A stretch of 64,000 bases of DNA from an uncultured cyanobacterium (GTDB lineage: Bacteria; Cyanobacteriota; Cyanobacteriia; Cyanobacteriales; CAWUOF01): the NCBI GenBank assembly GCA_963744145.1, contig CAVUSO010000001.1:6752001-6816000 (forward strand), given 5' to 3'. The notes beneath the pieces are model-generated. The model had not been told where the DNA came from. It ran no database searches and was given only the letters and a program-made list of their open reading frames with translations. Position 1 is the first letter of the stretch; each line of letters opens with the position of its first letter. This document shows, piece by piece, positions 52,318 to 62,469 of this stretch. The position numbers and the translations under genes were made by a program.

Positions 52318-53640
52318 ATGGGAATGACCCTGACTGAGAAAATTTTAGCCAGAGCCTCGGGTCGAACACAAGTCCAACCGGGAGAAAATATCTGGGTTAA
52401 TGCGGATGTGTTAATGACCCACGATGTTTGTGGACCAGGAACAATTGGTGTGTTCAAACGGGAATTTGGTGAGGATGCTAAAGTTTGGGATCGGGAAAAG
52501 ATTGTGTTGATTCCTGATCACTATATTTTTACAGCCGACGAACGTGCTAATCGTAATGTCGATATTTTAAGAGAATTTGCCCAAGAACAAGGGATTAAAT
52601 ATTTCTACGATATTATCGATCGCTCGAATTTTAAAGCTAACCCTGATTATAAAGGTGTTTGTCATATCGCTTTAGCCCAAGAAGGACATACTCGTCCGGG
52701 AGAAGTGCTATTTGGGACTGATTCTCATACTTGTAATGCTGGTGCTTTTGGAGAGTTTGCAACCGGAATCGGTAATACTGATGCCGCTTTTATTATGGGT
52801 ACAGGTAAACTTCTGATTAAAGTACCCGCAACCATGCGTTTTGTCCTGGATGGGGAAATGCCTAATTATTTACTAGCTAAAGACTTAATTTTGCAAATAA
52901 TTGGCGATATTACGGTGGCTGGTGCTAATTATCGGACAATGGAATTTGCTGGTGAAGCCGTAACCAAGATGTCGATGGAAGACCGGATGACCCTTTGCAA
53001 TATGGCGATCGAAGCTGGGGGTAAAAATGGGACGATCGCCCCAGATGAAACTACGTTTGAGTATGTTCGTCCCCGGACTAATCAAAGATTTGAGCCAGTC
53101 TATAGTGATCCTGATGCCGCATTTTACAGCGATCGCCATTACGATGTTTCTCAATTAGAGCCAGTTGTTGCTAAACCCCATTCACCAGATCATCGTGCTT
53201 TAGCCAGAGAATGTAGTGATGTCAAGATTGATCGAGTCTATATTGGCTCCTGTACTGGTGGGAAAACTTCAGATTTCCAGTATGCAGCCCAGATTCTGAA
53301 AGGTCATCAGGTGAAAGTTCCCACCTATTTAGTCCCAGCAACCCAAAAAGTCTATGAAGATTTATTTACCCTGAAATATGAAGGACAAACTCTGTCCGAA
53401 ATCTTCTTAGCAGCAGGTTGTATTGAACCTGCTGCTCCTTCTTGTGCAGCTTGCTTAGGTGGTCCAAAAGATACCTTTGGTCGATTAAATGAACCAGAAA
53501 TCTGTGTTTCTACCACTAATCGCAATTTCCCCGGACGGATGGGTAATAAACAAGCTCAAGTTTATCTAGCTTCACCTTATACTGCCGCCGCGTCTGCCCT
53601 AACTGGTTATGTTACTGATCCGCGTCAGTTTCTAGGTTAG
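52318..53640 (+). CDS. leuC: 3-isopropylmalate dehydratase large subunit
   Basis: MTLTEKIL, GTDSHT, IGSCTGG, CAACLG, NRNFPGRMG. Confidence 0.93.
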   Translation: MGMTLTEKILARASGRTQVQPGENIWVNADVLMTHDVCGPGTIGVFKREFGEDAKVWDREKIVLIPDHYIFTADERANRNVDILREFAQEQGIKYFYDIIDRSNFKANPDYKGVCHIALAQEGHTRPGEVLFGTDSHTCNAGAFGEFATGIGNTDAAFIMGTGKLLIKVPATMRFVLDGEMPNYLLAKDLILQIIGDITVAGANYRTMEFAGEAVTKMSMEDRMTLCNMAIEAGGKNGTIAPDETTFEYVRPRTNQRFEPVYSDPDAAFYSDRHYDVSQLEPVVAKPHSPDHRALARECSDVKIDRVYIGSCTGGKTSDFQYAAQILKGHQVKVPTYLVPATQKVYEDLFTLKYEGQTLSEIFLAAGCIEPAAPSCAACLGGPKDTFGRLNEPEICVSTTNRNFPGRMGNKQAQVYLASPYTAAASALTGYVTDPRQFLG

Positions 53641-54037
53641 TTGACACTCCCACGCCTAAAGGAGTGGGATTCTTGAATCAACGACCGTGTACGGGCGTAT
53701 TGCAATACGCCCCTACAACCCTAATTGCTTAGAATTAGCCAGAGGCCCAATCTCCTCAAGCGTATAAATTCCGGCGTGCCCCGCCGTATTTTTTTAACAA
53801 CATTTGATTAGTTGTAGATTATCGATGGGCAATCGGATCGTTAGATCCTAAAATTACGCCGTGCGACGCTTGCCGCAATTTTCAGCGTTGCCACCGATTG
53901 ATACTAATATCGCGTATTTTCCCAAGAAAATACGCGATTAAAATATAATCTAATAATTAATTTTCACGGCTCCTAAGCCAACAGCTATCCGATTCATCCC
54001 GACCCCTGAAAGGGGTGGGCTTTCTCGGTGACTACTT
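53641..54037 (-). mobile_element. Non-autonomous IS200/IS605 derivative retaining the tnpB tail / omega-RNA region
   Basis: Minus strand: TTAC|AAGTAG..AAAG-hairpin left end; GAAT-hairpin..TCAA right end; ACGGCGGGGCACGCCGGAAT tnpB-tail-like sequence. Confidence 0.85.
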
Positions 54038-54079
54038 GTAAAACCAAAAAATATCCGAGGTAGTAAAGGCTCGACTTTG

Positions 54080-55060
54080 CTACCTGATAGAATTTTCAGC
54101 TAAAAAAACAGCCACTTCATCCCCTGTTGGTTGGGAAGCGATCGCCCCTGGTTTGGTACTGGTCAAAGCAGCAACTGCACTAGCGTAAGTGATTATATTC
54201 TTAGCTATTTCTGCCTGATCAAAATTGGCAATTCCCTGTTGACATAATTGATGGATAAATCCAGCCACAAAGCTATCCCCAGCACCAGTAGTATCTACAG
54301 CTTTCACCGCAAAAGCCGGCATTTTTCCTTCTGTTTCTCCTAAACAATAGGCACAACCCCGATCACCTGCGGTCACGATTACCCCTTCCAGATCACCAAC
54401 TCGATGGGCGATCGCCCCGGGATCGGTAGTGCCAAATAACCAATCAGCTTCTGAATCTGAAAGTTTTAAAAAATCTACTTGTTTGAGCAATAGCTGAATT
54501 AACTGGGTTGCCAAGGCTGGAACTGGCCAAAACATCGGTCGCCAATTAACATCTACTAGAATTTTCACATAATGTAGTTGTGCTAAATGAACCGCTTGGG
54601 CGATCGCTGCTTGACTAAGAGGATAAGCCAGTTCTAGAGTGCCGATGACTAGAAAATCAGCCTCTTGAAACAGTTTTACTGGTAGAGTTTGGTGTTGCAA
54701 ATAGGTATCAGCAAATTCAGTCGTGGGAGTATCACCAAAACCAGCAAAAGTGGGCACACCAGTTTCGGAACGTAATACATAAACTTGACGTGTTTTTGCT
54801 TGAGGATGACGCTGTACCCCCGTGCGATCGACACCGAGATCATCCAGCATTTTGATCAGGGTATTACCCGGTTCATCTTCACCTACACAACCAATAAATC
54901 CTGCTGATGTTCCTAACTTCACTAAACCACAAGCCACATTAGCTGGAGCGCCACCAGGATAAGATGTCCATGACTCCACTTCTGCTAACGATCGCCCAAC
55001 TTGATCTGCCAAACGATCAAATAAAATTTCACCAAGACACAATACGCGGGGATAGGGCAT
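54080..55060 (-). CDS. PfkB family carbohydrate kinase (fructokinase-like)
   Basis: PGGAPANVA, DVNWRP, DTTGAGDSF. Confidence 0.93.
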   Translation of the reverse strand: MPYPRVLCLGEILFDRLADQVGRSLAEVESWTSYPGGAPANVACGLVKLGTSAGFIGCVGEDEPGNTLIKMLDDLGVDRTGVQRHPQAKTRQVYVLRSETGVPTFAGFGDTPTTEFADTYLQHQTLPVKLFQEADFLVIGTLELAYPLSQAAIAQAVHLAQLHYVKILVDVNWRPMFWPVPALATQLIQLLLKQVDFLKLSDSEADWLFGTTDPGAIAHRVGDLEGVIVTAGDRGCAYCLGETEGKMPAFAVKAVDTTGAGDSFVAGFIHQLCQQGIANFDQAEIAKNIITYASAVAALTSTKPGAIASQPTGDEVAVFLAENSIR

Positions 55061-55185
55061 AACCGCATTTCCTGATTAAATATGAGGACAAAAAGTTGGG
55101 GGAAATTCACCGATAGTTTGTTGCATTGATGGCTAAGATAGCATTAAAATTCGGATTAGGTAGATATACAGATACAGGAAGGTGT

Positions 55186-55458
55186 ATGACTGTTGGCAAG
55201 TTTCAGAACCCCTCCCTTTCAGACCGAGAATTGCAAGTAATCGAACTGGTGGCGTCTGGATTAACCAACCAGGAAATTGCTGAAAAACTGGAAATTAGCA
55301 AACGCACCGTAGATAACCACATCAGCAATATCCTCACCAAAACGGCAACAGAAAACCGTGTCGCTTTGGTCCGCTGGGCTTTGCAATGGGGTAAGGTATG
55401 TATCGATGATGTCAATTGTTGTCCACTCCCAATTTCCAGCAACGATTTAAATAATTAA
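55186..55458 (+). CDS. pedR: Small LuxR-type regulator PedR
   Basis: LSDRELQVIELVASGLTNQEIA...NRVALVRWALQWGKVCIDDVNCC; likely ATG at 55186. Confidence 0.85.
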   Translation: MTVGKFQNPSLSDRELQVIELVASGLTNQEIAEKLEISKRTVDNHISNILTKTATENRVALVRWALQWGKVCIDDVNCCPLPISSNDLNN

Positions 55459-55466
55459 CCTGGATC

Positions 55467-55745
55467 ATGGAAGAGAGAAAAGACCATTACTTGAGATCTG
55501 AAATTGCCTTCCCGACAATGCCCTTAGCGGTATATCGGGAATTAGCGGCAATAATGCGCCAAGTTGAAGGTGTAGAAACGGGACTGCTGCCCCAGCAGTC
55601 TCACTTTTATGATTACAATCAAAGTCAAGTTGGTGGCTTATGGATTCAGCATGATTTAGAGCTGGCTTCGATTCATCGCCAAAGATTAGAGCAAATTTTG
55701 AGTTATTATGGCGATCGCTATGGCCCTTGGCAAAAAATCAATTAA
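55467..55745 (+). CDS. Conserved cyanobacterial hypothetical protein
   Basis: PLAVYRELAA..RQVEGV...YDYNQSQVGGLW. Confidence 0.75.
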   Translation: MEERKDHYLRSEIAFPTMPLAVYRELAAIMRQVEGVETGLLPQQSHFYDYNQSQVGGLWIQHDLELASIHRQRLEQILSYYGDRYGPWQKIN

Positions 55746-55793
55746 TTGTTCTCCTATCGAACAGTTAATCAGTATGTGATTGGATGTGAGTGA

Positions 55794-57071
55794 ATGGGTA
55801 CAATTAAAGCATTACGAGGAACAAGGGACATCTTGTCCGATGAAGTGGGTTATTGGTTTCGGGTGGAAACCGTAGCTAGAGAAATTCTAGCCAAATCTGC
55901 TTTTAGAGAGATTCGTACTCCCATCTTTGAAGAAACTACTTTATTTGAAAGGGGTATTGGCACAGCGACTGATGTCGTTGGCAAGGAAATGTATACCTTT
56001 AAAAGTAGGGGAGATAAGTATTCTATTACTTTACGTCCAGAAGGAACCGCAGGAGCAGTCAGAGCTTATATTGAAAATGGTTTATATGCTCAAGGTGGTG
56101 TCCAACGGATTTGGTATACGGGTCCGATGTTTCGCTATGAGCGACCCCAAGCAGGAAGACAAAGACAATTTCACCAAATTGGGGTGGAGATTTTAGGGAG
56201 TGCTGATCCTCGAGCTGATGTAGAAGCAATTGCGATCGCGACAGATATTCTTCAGACTCTAGGTTTACGAAATCTCCATTTAGCCATCAATTCTGTCGGA
56301 GTTCCTGCCGATCGTCAACGTTATCGTCAAGCTTTAGTTGATTATTTAACTCCTTACCAGCAGGAATTAGATCCAGATTCTCAAGATCGGTTGATTACTA
56401 ATCCTTTACGGATTTTGGATAGTAAAATTGAACATACTCAGGCAATTACTAAAAATGCACCGATTATTTTAGATTATCTCAGTCCAGATTCTTTACGTCA
56501 CTTTGAACAAGTCCAGCAACTATTAAAAAATTTAGGGATTGCTTATGAGTTAAATCCGCGTCTGGTTCGTGGGTTAGATTACTATACACACACAGCTTTT
56601 GAAATTCAATCTGATGATTTAGGCGCTCAAGCAACTGTTTGTGGTGGTGGTCGTTATGATGGATTAGTCAAGGAATTGGGTGGACCGGAAACTCCAGCTA
56701 TCGGATGGGCGATCGGCTTAGAAAGGTTAATTTTATTGCTGCAAAAATTACAACCAGCACCAACCTCAAAAATTGACTTTTATGTAGTGTCAAAAGGCGA
56801 TCGGGCTGAAGCTCAAGCTTTATTATTAGCTCAACAACTACGTCATTTAGGTTTTCAAGTTGAATTAGACTTAAGTGGAAGTGCTTTTAGTAAGCAATTT
56901 AAACGGGCCGATCGCAGTGGTGCTGGTGCTTGTTTAATTTTAGGTGATACGGAAGCTGAAAGTGAAACCGTTCAATTAAAATGGTTAGCTACCGGAGAAC
57001 AAATGGCGATCGCTCAAGCTGATTTATTCTTAAAAACTGATGAGTTCCGTCATCGGTTAAATTTACGTTAG
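55794..57071 (+). CDS. hisS: Histidine--tRNA ligase
   Basis: LRPEGTA, FRYERPQAGRQRQFHQ, LVRGLDYY, GGGRYDGL. Confidence 0.98.
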   Translation: MGTIKALRGTRDILSDEVGYWFRVETVAREILAKSAFREIRTPIFEETTLFERGIGTATDVVGKEMYTFKSRGDKYSITLRPEGTAGAVRAYIENGLYAQGGVQRIWYTGPMFRYERPQAGRQRQFHQIGVEILGSADPRADVEAIAIATDILQTLGLRNLHLAINSVGVPADRQRYRQALVDYLTPYQQELDPDSQDRLITNPLRILDSKIEHTQAITKNAPIILDYLSPDSLRHFEQVQQLLKNLGIAYELNPRLVRGLDYYTHTAFEIQSDDLGAQATVCGGGRYDGLVKELGGPETPAIGWAIGLERLILLLQKLQPAPTSKIDFYVVSKGDRAEAQALLLAQQLRHLGFQVELDLSGSAFSKQFKRADRSGAGACLILGDTEAESETVQLKWLATGEQMAIAQADLFLKTDEFRHRLNLR

Positions 57072-57079
57072 TTTGAGTC

Positions 57080-57162
57080 TGATCTGTTAGATCGGGGCAG
57101 TTTTATGATGGTGATCTGTGATTGACAAAATTGATCGGTAAACCTGCCCCCACAGATCAATC
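57080..57162 (-). repeat. Single REP-like unit related to the MITE cores
   Basis: GATCTGT..GGGGCAG...AAACCTGCCCCCACAGATC between convergent genes. Confidence 0.65.
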
Positions 57163-57179
57163 TGATATTGAATATATCT

Positions 57180-58514
57180 TCATTGTGAATTGGGCTGAGA
57201 ATCTGATTGATTTAAACGACGCTCCCATTCAGCATCAATTTTATCTGCTTGCTCTATTTCTTGCTGAACGACATCTTTTTCTGTAGTATAAGCAAGGTCA
57301 TTAGTACCAATTACCTTTTCGGCTGCAAATTGACGAGCATAATCAATTTTCTGCTGCAATTGAGGACTTAACTTGTTTAAATTATCTGCTCGTTTTAAGC
57401 GATCGAGATTACGTTTTTCAATTCGGCTATTTTGGAAATTAATCCAGAAATAACGAATTAAAGGTACTGTTAAAAAAGCAATTCCATAACCTAGTAAAAG
57501 CCAGAAAATTGACTGAACAAAAGCAACTAAACCACCTAATTTTGCGGCGGTTCCACCTAATAATAGATGACGGAGAATAAAAGCACCAATAATATTTAGT
57601 GTACCCAATCCCCCAGCGAGAAATAGCTGACCAGAATTAGCTTCACTAAAACGCCACAATTTTTCCCGGAGATAAGCAGAAACAGATTGAGGATTTTGCT
57701 GATTGGCTGTGCTTTGTAAATCGGGAAAATGATAAACTATTTGTCCATCAGGACTGACTTCAGGACGACCATTAAAACGAGTCAGTGCAGGTAACATATA
57801 TTCTTCATATTCTTGAGTATATCCCTGACCGACCTCATCCAGATAAGGACTAATTTGTTCAGCAACTACAGCACCTTGATGATTCCGAATTACCGTCGCG
57901 ATCGCTTGCCAACGACGTTCTTCTAAATTAGCATTAGGATTACCATCGCCAAACAGGAAGGAAAAAACTGCTTCCAGGAAATTCATCTGATTTTCTTTGG
58001 AAGTAGCAACTGATTGACGACGTTCAGATCTAGGTCGGTCATAGTCCCAGTATAAAAACCAAAACCAATCTGAACCAAACCAGTGATAGGGTATAAATAC
58101 CACCCCACTACTGTTAGAACTCCTGCTACTATTATTATCGTTATCTCGACCAGAATTGCTAGCCGTGAGAATAATAAAAATACTGACAAAAATTAGCACA
58201 ATCGAAACCAGTAGCAAAATGCCAAAGGAAATCCGAATTAGATAAAATAAGACTCTCCAAACCTTTTCCCACCATTCCTGTAGTTGCAACCAGAAGAACT
58301 TATTACGCAGAATTGAGCGAAAATCTTGGGGAAAGAGGTAGACAATCTCACCAGACTCTGCTACCTGTAAGTGACCACCAGCATCAGCAGCGAGAACTAG
58401 TAGTCCTTTTTCCGCTAGACTGATATTCAATCCAGCCTTAGTAGATACATCTCCGACCGTAACACGGTAGCCTAATTGCTCGACCGCTTGCATAATGCTA
58501 GGATCTAATTCCAT
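57180..58514 (-). CDS. Conserved cyanobacterial/plastid membrane protein
   Basis: RVTVGDV, FLEAVFSFLFGDGNPN, FNGRPEVS motifs; TM segments. Confidence 0.8.
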   Translation of the reverse strand: MELDPSIMQAVEQLGYRVTVGDVSTKAGLNISLAEKGLLVLAADAGGHLQVAESGEIVYLFPQDFRSILRNKFFWLQLQEWWEKVWRVLFYLIRISFGILLLVSIVLIFVSIFIILTASNSGRDNDNNSSRSSNSSGVVFIPYHWFGSDWFWFLYWDYDRPRSERRQSVATSKENQMNFLEAVFSFLFGDGNPNANLEERRWQAIATVIRNHQGAVVAEQISPYLDEVGQGYTQEYEEYMLPALTRFNGRPEVSPDGQIVYHFPDLQSTANQQNPQSVSAYLREKLWRFSEANSGQLFLAGGLGTLNIIGAFILRHLLLGGTAAKLGGLVAFVQSIFWLLLGYGIAFLTVPLIRYFWINFQNSRIEKRNLDRLKRADNLNKLSPQLQQKIDYARQFAAEKVIGTNDLAYTTEKDVVQQEIEQADKIDAEWERRLNQSDSQPNSQ

Positions 58515-58572
58515 GTCTTTTCCTTATCCCAAGACTCTGTTGCCATCTTTACTTTAATCAATTTTAGGTCGA

Positions 58573-58927
58573 TACAGCCTATTCCAGGTTTATGAAGTTC
58601 ATCAAGGTGATCTGTGGGGCAGGGCGGGTTCATTAAGGTTATTTGTGTGTGGCAAGTTCATCTGTGAACCCGCCCCTACAGGGATTCACCAAAAAATCGA
58701 TCAGGATTAGAGGATGACAAGATTAACAGGATTTGTAGGGGCAGGTGAATGAATTTATGATCACAATCAACCAGGATTTGTAGGGGCAGGTTCACCAATC
58801 AATTCTGCTCCAAACAGATAACTATCATAAACCTGCCCAATCAACACAGATCACTCACCAGCGACTTTAACTGATCGCTATTCATGCCAAATCTTACTGT
58901 ACTTCATCAGCCACCGAATCCGCTGTC
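58573..58927. mobile_element. Composite MITE-like element, copy 2
   Basis: Homolog of 16562-16956 without the two small insertions. Confidence 0.85.
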
Positions 58928-59070
58928 AGGAATCTCTCAAAGATTGTGCTGATGCTGCTGGACATTCAGGCTGAGATGAGAGAGCTGCGGCGATCGCATA
59001 TACATATAATGTACAATAGGTAGATAATATTTTATAGTTCAAACAGAATTAAGATAATTTTTCAGCCCAG

Positions 59071-60345
59071 ATGATGCAACTTTACTCTCTTAGACAGAAA
59101 GCGATCGGCTTAATCCAACGTAATCCTTTAAATCTATCTCATTCGGTATTAATTTGGGTTATAGTTGGCACGGTAAGTGGTATTTTCGCCGGATTATACT
59201 GGAATTTATTAGAGTTAATTACCGCTCAATTAAAATATTTTCAGGGTGGATATGTACTATTTTTAATGCCTTTGGCTGGTTTATTAATTGGCTTGATTAT
59301 TCTTTGGTTTGGTAATCCTGGTGAAATTGGTACGATTGTCAATAACATTCATTTTCGTGGAGGACGTTTAGATCTTCATCAGAATCCTGCGATGATTCTT
59401 TCTTCTTTAGTCAGTATATCTGTTGGCGGTAGTGCTGGACCAGAAGCACCTTTAGTCCAAGTGACAGGTTCTTTTGGTACTTGGGTGGCTGATCGATTGC
59501 ACCTCAAGGGTGAAGATGTCAGATCAATGAGTTTAGCTGCAATGGCTGCGGGTTTTACTGCTTTATTCGGTTCTCCTCTGGGGGGTGCGATGTTTGCTTT
59601 GGAAATTTTGCACCATGAGCATATTATCGAATATTATGAGGCATTAATGCCTGCTTTAGTTTCTAGTTGTGCTAGCTATTTAGTCTTTGCAACTATTACC
59701 CATTTAGGAATTGCTCCAACTTGGAATTTTCCTACTTATAATTTAAGTAATAATATTGATGATTATATTTTAGCCATATTATTTGGCATAATTGGTGCGA
59801 TCGCTAGTTGGATTTTTATGATGATTTTTCAATTTTGTCATCGGTTTTTTACGCAACTTAATCAACCAATTTATGTCAAAACAACTCTGGCTGGTTTTGG
59901 ATTAAGTATCCTCACTATCTTTGAGCCATTAACGCGTTATTTTGGACATGAAGAATTAAATGAAATTGTGCAGGGAGAATTGACGACTATAATCCTAATA
60001 GCGATCGTAATTACTAAAATGGTAGCAATTAGTATTACTGTCACAGGTGGCTGGCGTGGTGGATTTATTATTCCGCTCTTTTTCACTGGTGCTTGTTTAG
60101 GTAAAGCGATCGTGATATTGCTCCCAGGAATTAATCCTGCTTTGGCGATGATTTGTACTATGGCTGCGCTTAATGCTGGAGTTACTCGGACTCCAGTTAG
60201 TACGACTCTATTATTGACAAAACTTACTAATGTCAGTCCTTTTACGCCAATTTTATTTGCTAGTTTAATCGGGTTTTTCTTATCGCCAAAAATACCTTTA
60301 ATTGCTTCCCAACTAAAATCTCATCCCCACCGTATTTCTGACTAA
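59071..60345 (+). CDS. ClC family chloride channel/transporter
   Basis: GSAGPEAP, GWRGGFIIP, many TM segments. Confidence 0.9.
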   Translation: MMQLYSLRQKAIGLIQRNPLNLSHSVLIWVIVGTVSGIFAGLYWNLLELITAQLKYFQGGYVLFLMPLAGLLIGLIILWFGNPGEIGTIVNNIHFRGGRLDLHQNPAMILSSLVSISVGGSAGPEAPLVQVTGSFGTWVADRLHLKGEDVRSMSLAAMAAGFTALFGSPLGGAMFALEILHHEHIIEYYEALMPALVSSCASYLVFATITHLGIAPTWNFPTYNLSNNIDDYILAILFGIIGAIASWIFMMIFQFCHRFFTQLNQPIYVKTTLAGFGLSILTIFEPLTRYFGHEELNEIVQGELTTIILIAIVITKMVAISITVTGGWRGGFIIPLFFTGACLGKAIVILLPGINPALAMICTMAALNAGVTRTPVSTTLLLTKLTNVSPFTPILFASLIGFFLSPKIPLIASQLKSHPHRISD

Positions 60346-60547
60346 GCCCACCAAATGCCCATATAAATTTTTGTAACTAAAATCCTATTATTTTCTAATT
60401 TGAAATTGGCTAAGTGTTACTAAACATTGATCTAGTATGGTTTTTGGACTTGAGCCAGATCTGGAAAATTCAGTAAAATTACTGACTTATAGGTATTTAT
60501 ACTCTTTGCAAAACATGGAATAATATGATGTATTAGATCTAAAGCAA

Positions 60548-60778
60548 GTGGAGAAAACCGTGATGACCAGTTTTAGCTTTTCTAAGTATGAACGACCTAC
60601 ATACATTTCTCTGATGGAAGTATTTAGTAATGTGTTTCGGAATGGTTTGATCACTTCTGAAGATCGAATTAAATTAAAAGAAACACTTTTGGAAGAGTCG
60701 GTTACTAAAGAAGATTTATTGATTGTGAATCGCTTGATCTATGCGGTACGTCGCAAAATGCTAAAACTGGGAAGTTAA
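60548..60778 (+). CDS. Small conserved hypothetical protein
   Basis: GLITSEDR..LK..LL....EDLLIVNRLIYAVRR pattern. Confidence 0.65.
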   Translation: MEKTVMTSFSFSKYERPTYISLMEVFSNVFRNGLITSEDRIKLKETLLEESVTKEDLLIVNRLIYAVRRKMLKLGS

Positions 60779-60849
60779 TTTTTTACCAATGGCGAAGCAT
60801 TCCCCGGGAAAATGGATGATATAATGGAAAGTCATATTTGGAGAATGCT

Positions 60850-61287
60850 TCATCGAGTTCCCGCGACAATACCAAAATTTCCCAAATCTAACGGCTCTAA
60901 ATTCCAACCTAAGCCAATAGCGATCTGAGCCGCAAGTGACGCTGGAGCAAGAGGATTGACAACGACTGTAATTACTTGATATTTTTGCAAGTAATTAGGT
61001 TGCAGTTCTACCCATTTCCCTCGAAAAATTAGCAGCACAACAGGAATTAATTTAGTGAGAGGTTGTATTCTGAGTTGTTTAAGAAATATCAATCCATCGA
61101 TTTTACGGATGGAGTCATCTAAGATAATTGCATCTGGCTGCTCGATTTTAGCTTCCTGTAAACCAGCGAAAATCGAATTAGCAACTTGAACATCCCAACC
61201 AGCTAAATCAGTTAAACATGCTTTGACTACCTCCTGCATATTTTGTTCTTGATGAATCAGTAAAATTTTTTTCGCTCTAACTTCCAT
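60850..61287 (-). CDS. Atypical single-domain response regulator
   Basis: Receiver fold (PDAIILD, DG..FL, IPVVLL) but lacks the N-terminal acidic pair and the conserved Lys; start uncertain. Confidence 0.75.
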   Translation of the reverse strand: MEVRAKKILLIHQEQNMQEVVKACLTDLAGWDVQVANSIFAGLQEAKIEQPDAIILDDSIRKIDGLIFLKQLRIQPLTKLIPVVLLIFRGKWVELQPNYLQKYQVITVVVNPLAPASLAAQIAIGLGWNLEPLDLGNFGIVAGTR

Positions 61288-61511
61288 TAATGATAGTGCA
61301 TTCATTTTCTTAGTGTTTGACAATAAATTTCTTACCAATTTATTCCAATTCTCGCTCAAGATGCCAAAAATAAAGCTTTGGGAAATTAATCCCATTCATT
61401 GAGAATTAAATCATCACAAGTCAAAGCAAGAATTAAGTTAGTGCAAGTATATTCCTAATTCTGGTTGGCTTTGTTGATGCAAATCCTCTCTGATTGACAC
61501 TGAGATTATTG

Positions 61512-61970
61512 TTAAATACACATTTTTGAGGATGGACGCGAATTGGCTGGTGGGACTTCAATCCAAACTTTAGGTAGTTGAGTTTTTAAAAGTTTAGCAA
61601 GCTGAATGATCACTCCATCAACATGGATCTGAGCTGAACAGGTTTCTGGTTGGACTGGTTGTGGTAAAGGAATCAGATTGGCAAATCCACTCGGACGAAA
61701 ATAACCTGGTACAATTATTGCGTCTGTTGGTTGACCTTGAACCAGAACAGTTTCTGGTGTGATTTGGAGTTCTAGCTTCAACTGGTGAATATCAGAAATA
61801 TAAAGTTTCAAGATCAGTGTTGTCTTGGTTTCGTGAGTCGTAATGGCTGTAATTGGTGTTTCTTCTCTATTCCCAATCCAAAGTGTCGATTTCTGACCAG
61901 GGTCGGACCAACGAGAAAATGACTTCTCAAGATTCTCACTCACATTATTTGATCCCTGAAAATCATTCAT
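61512..61970 (-). CDS. Hsp20/alpha-crystallin-like protein
   Basis: LQITPETVLVQG...F..LIPLP.PV......DGVIIQLAK. Confidence 0.6.
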   Translation of the reverse strand: MNDFQGSNNVSENLEKSFSRWSDPGQKSTLWIGNREETPITAITTHETKTTLILKLYISDIHQLKLELQITPETVLVQGQPTDAIIVPGYFRPSGFANLIPLPQPVQPETCSAQIHVDGVIIQLAKLLKTQLPKVWIEVPPANSRPSSKMCI

Positions 61971-62090
61971 TTATTCTCCTCCGATTCCAAGATCCTAATA
62001 TCTGCATACCGTGAAGATAAATAACAACCGTAAGGAATTGGTAAAGATCGAATTTTCGTTACAAAACTTTACCAAAATCAAAGAATTAAT

Positions 62091-62469
62091 TCAACCCCAT
62101 CCTAAAATCTCTGCTACTTCCTCCATCAAGGTTGTGGGTTCAATTGGTTTGGAAATTACTCCTGTCACACCCATTTGGGCAAATTTAGCCCGATCGCTCG
62201 GTAAAACTTTTGCTGTCAACAGAATTACTGGTATAGATCGGGTAAGAAGATTGGACTGAAGTTGCTCGTATAATTTAATCCCATCCATTCCCGGACATGG
62301 ATACATCGAGTAAAATAGCATGAGGGTGTTCAGTTTTTAACATTTCTAAACATTCTTCTCCTGAAGCTACCCCAAATGTTTCCCATCCTCCTAAATCTTC
62401 TAAGCATAATTGCACCAATTCTCGGAGGTGTTCTTCATCGTCAACTACTAGAATGGTTCTCTCTGTCAT
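62091..62469 (-). CDS. Single-domain response regulator, +1 frameshift near 62295
   Basis: ILVVDDE...LLDVSM|PGMDG...LTAK...ISKP joins when one T is removed. Confidence 0.85.
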
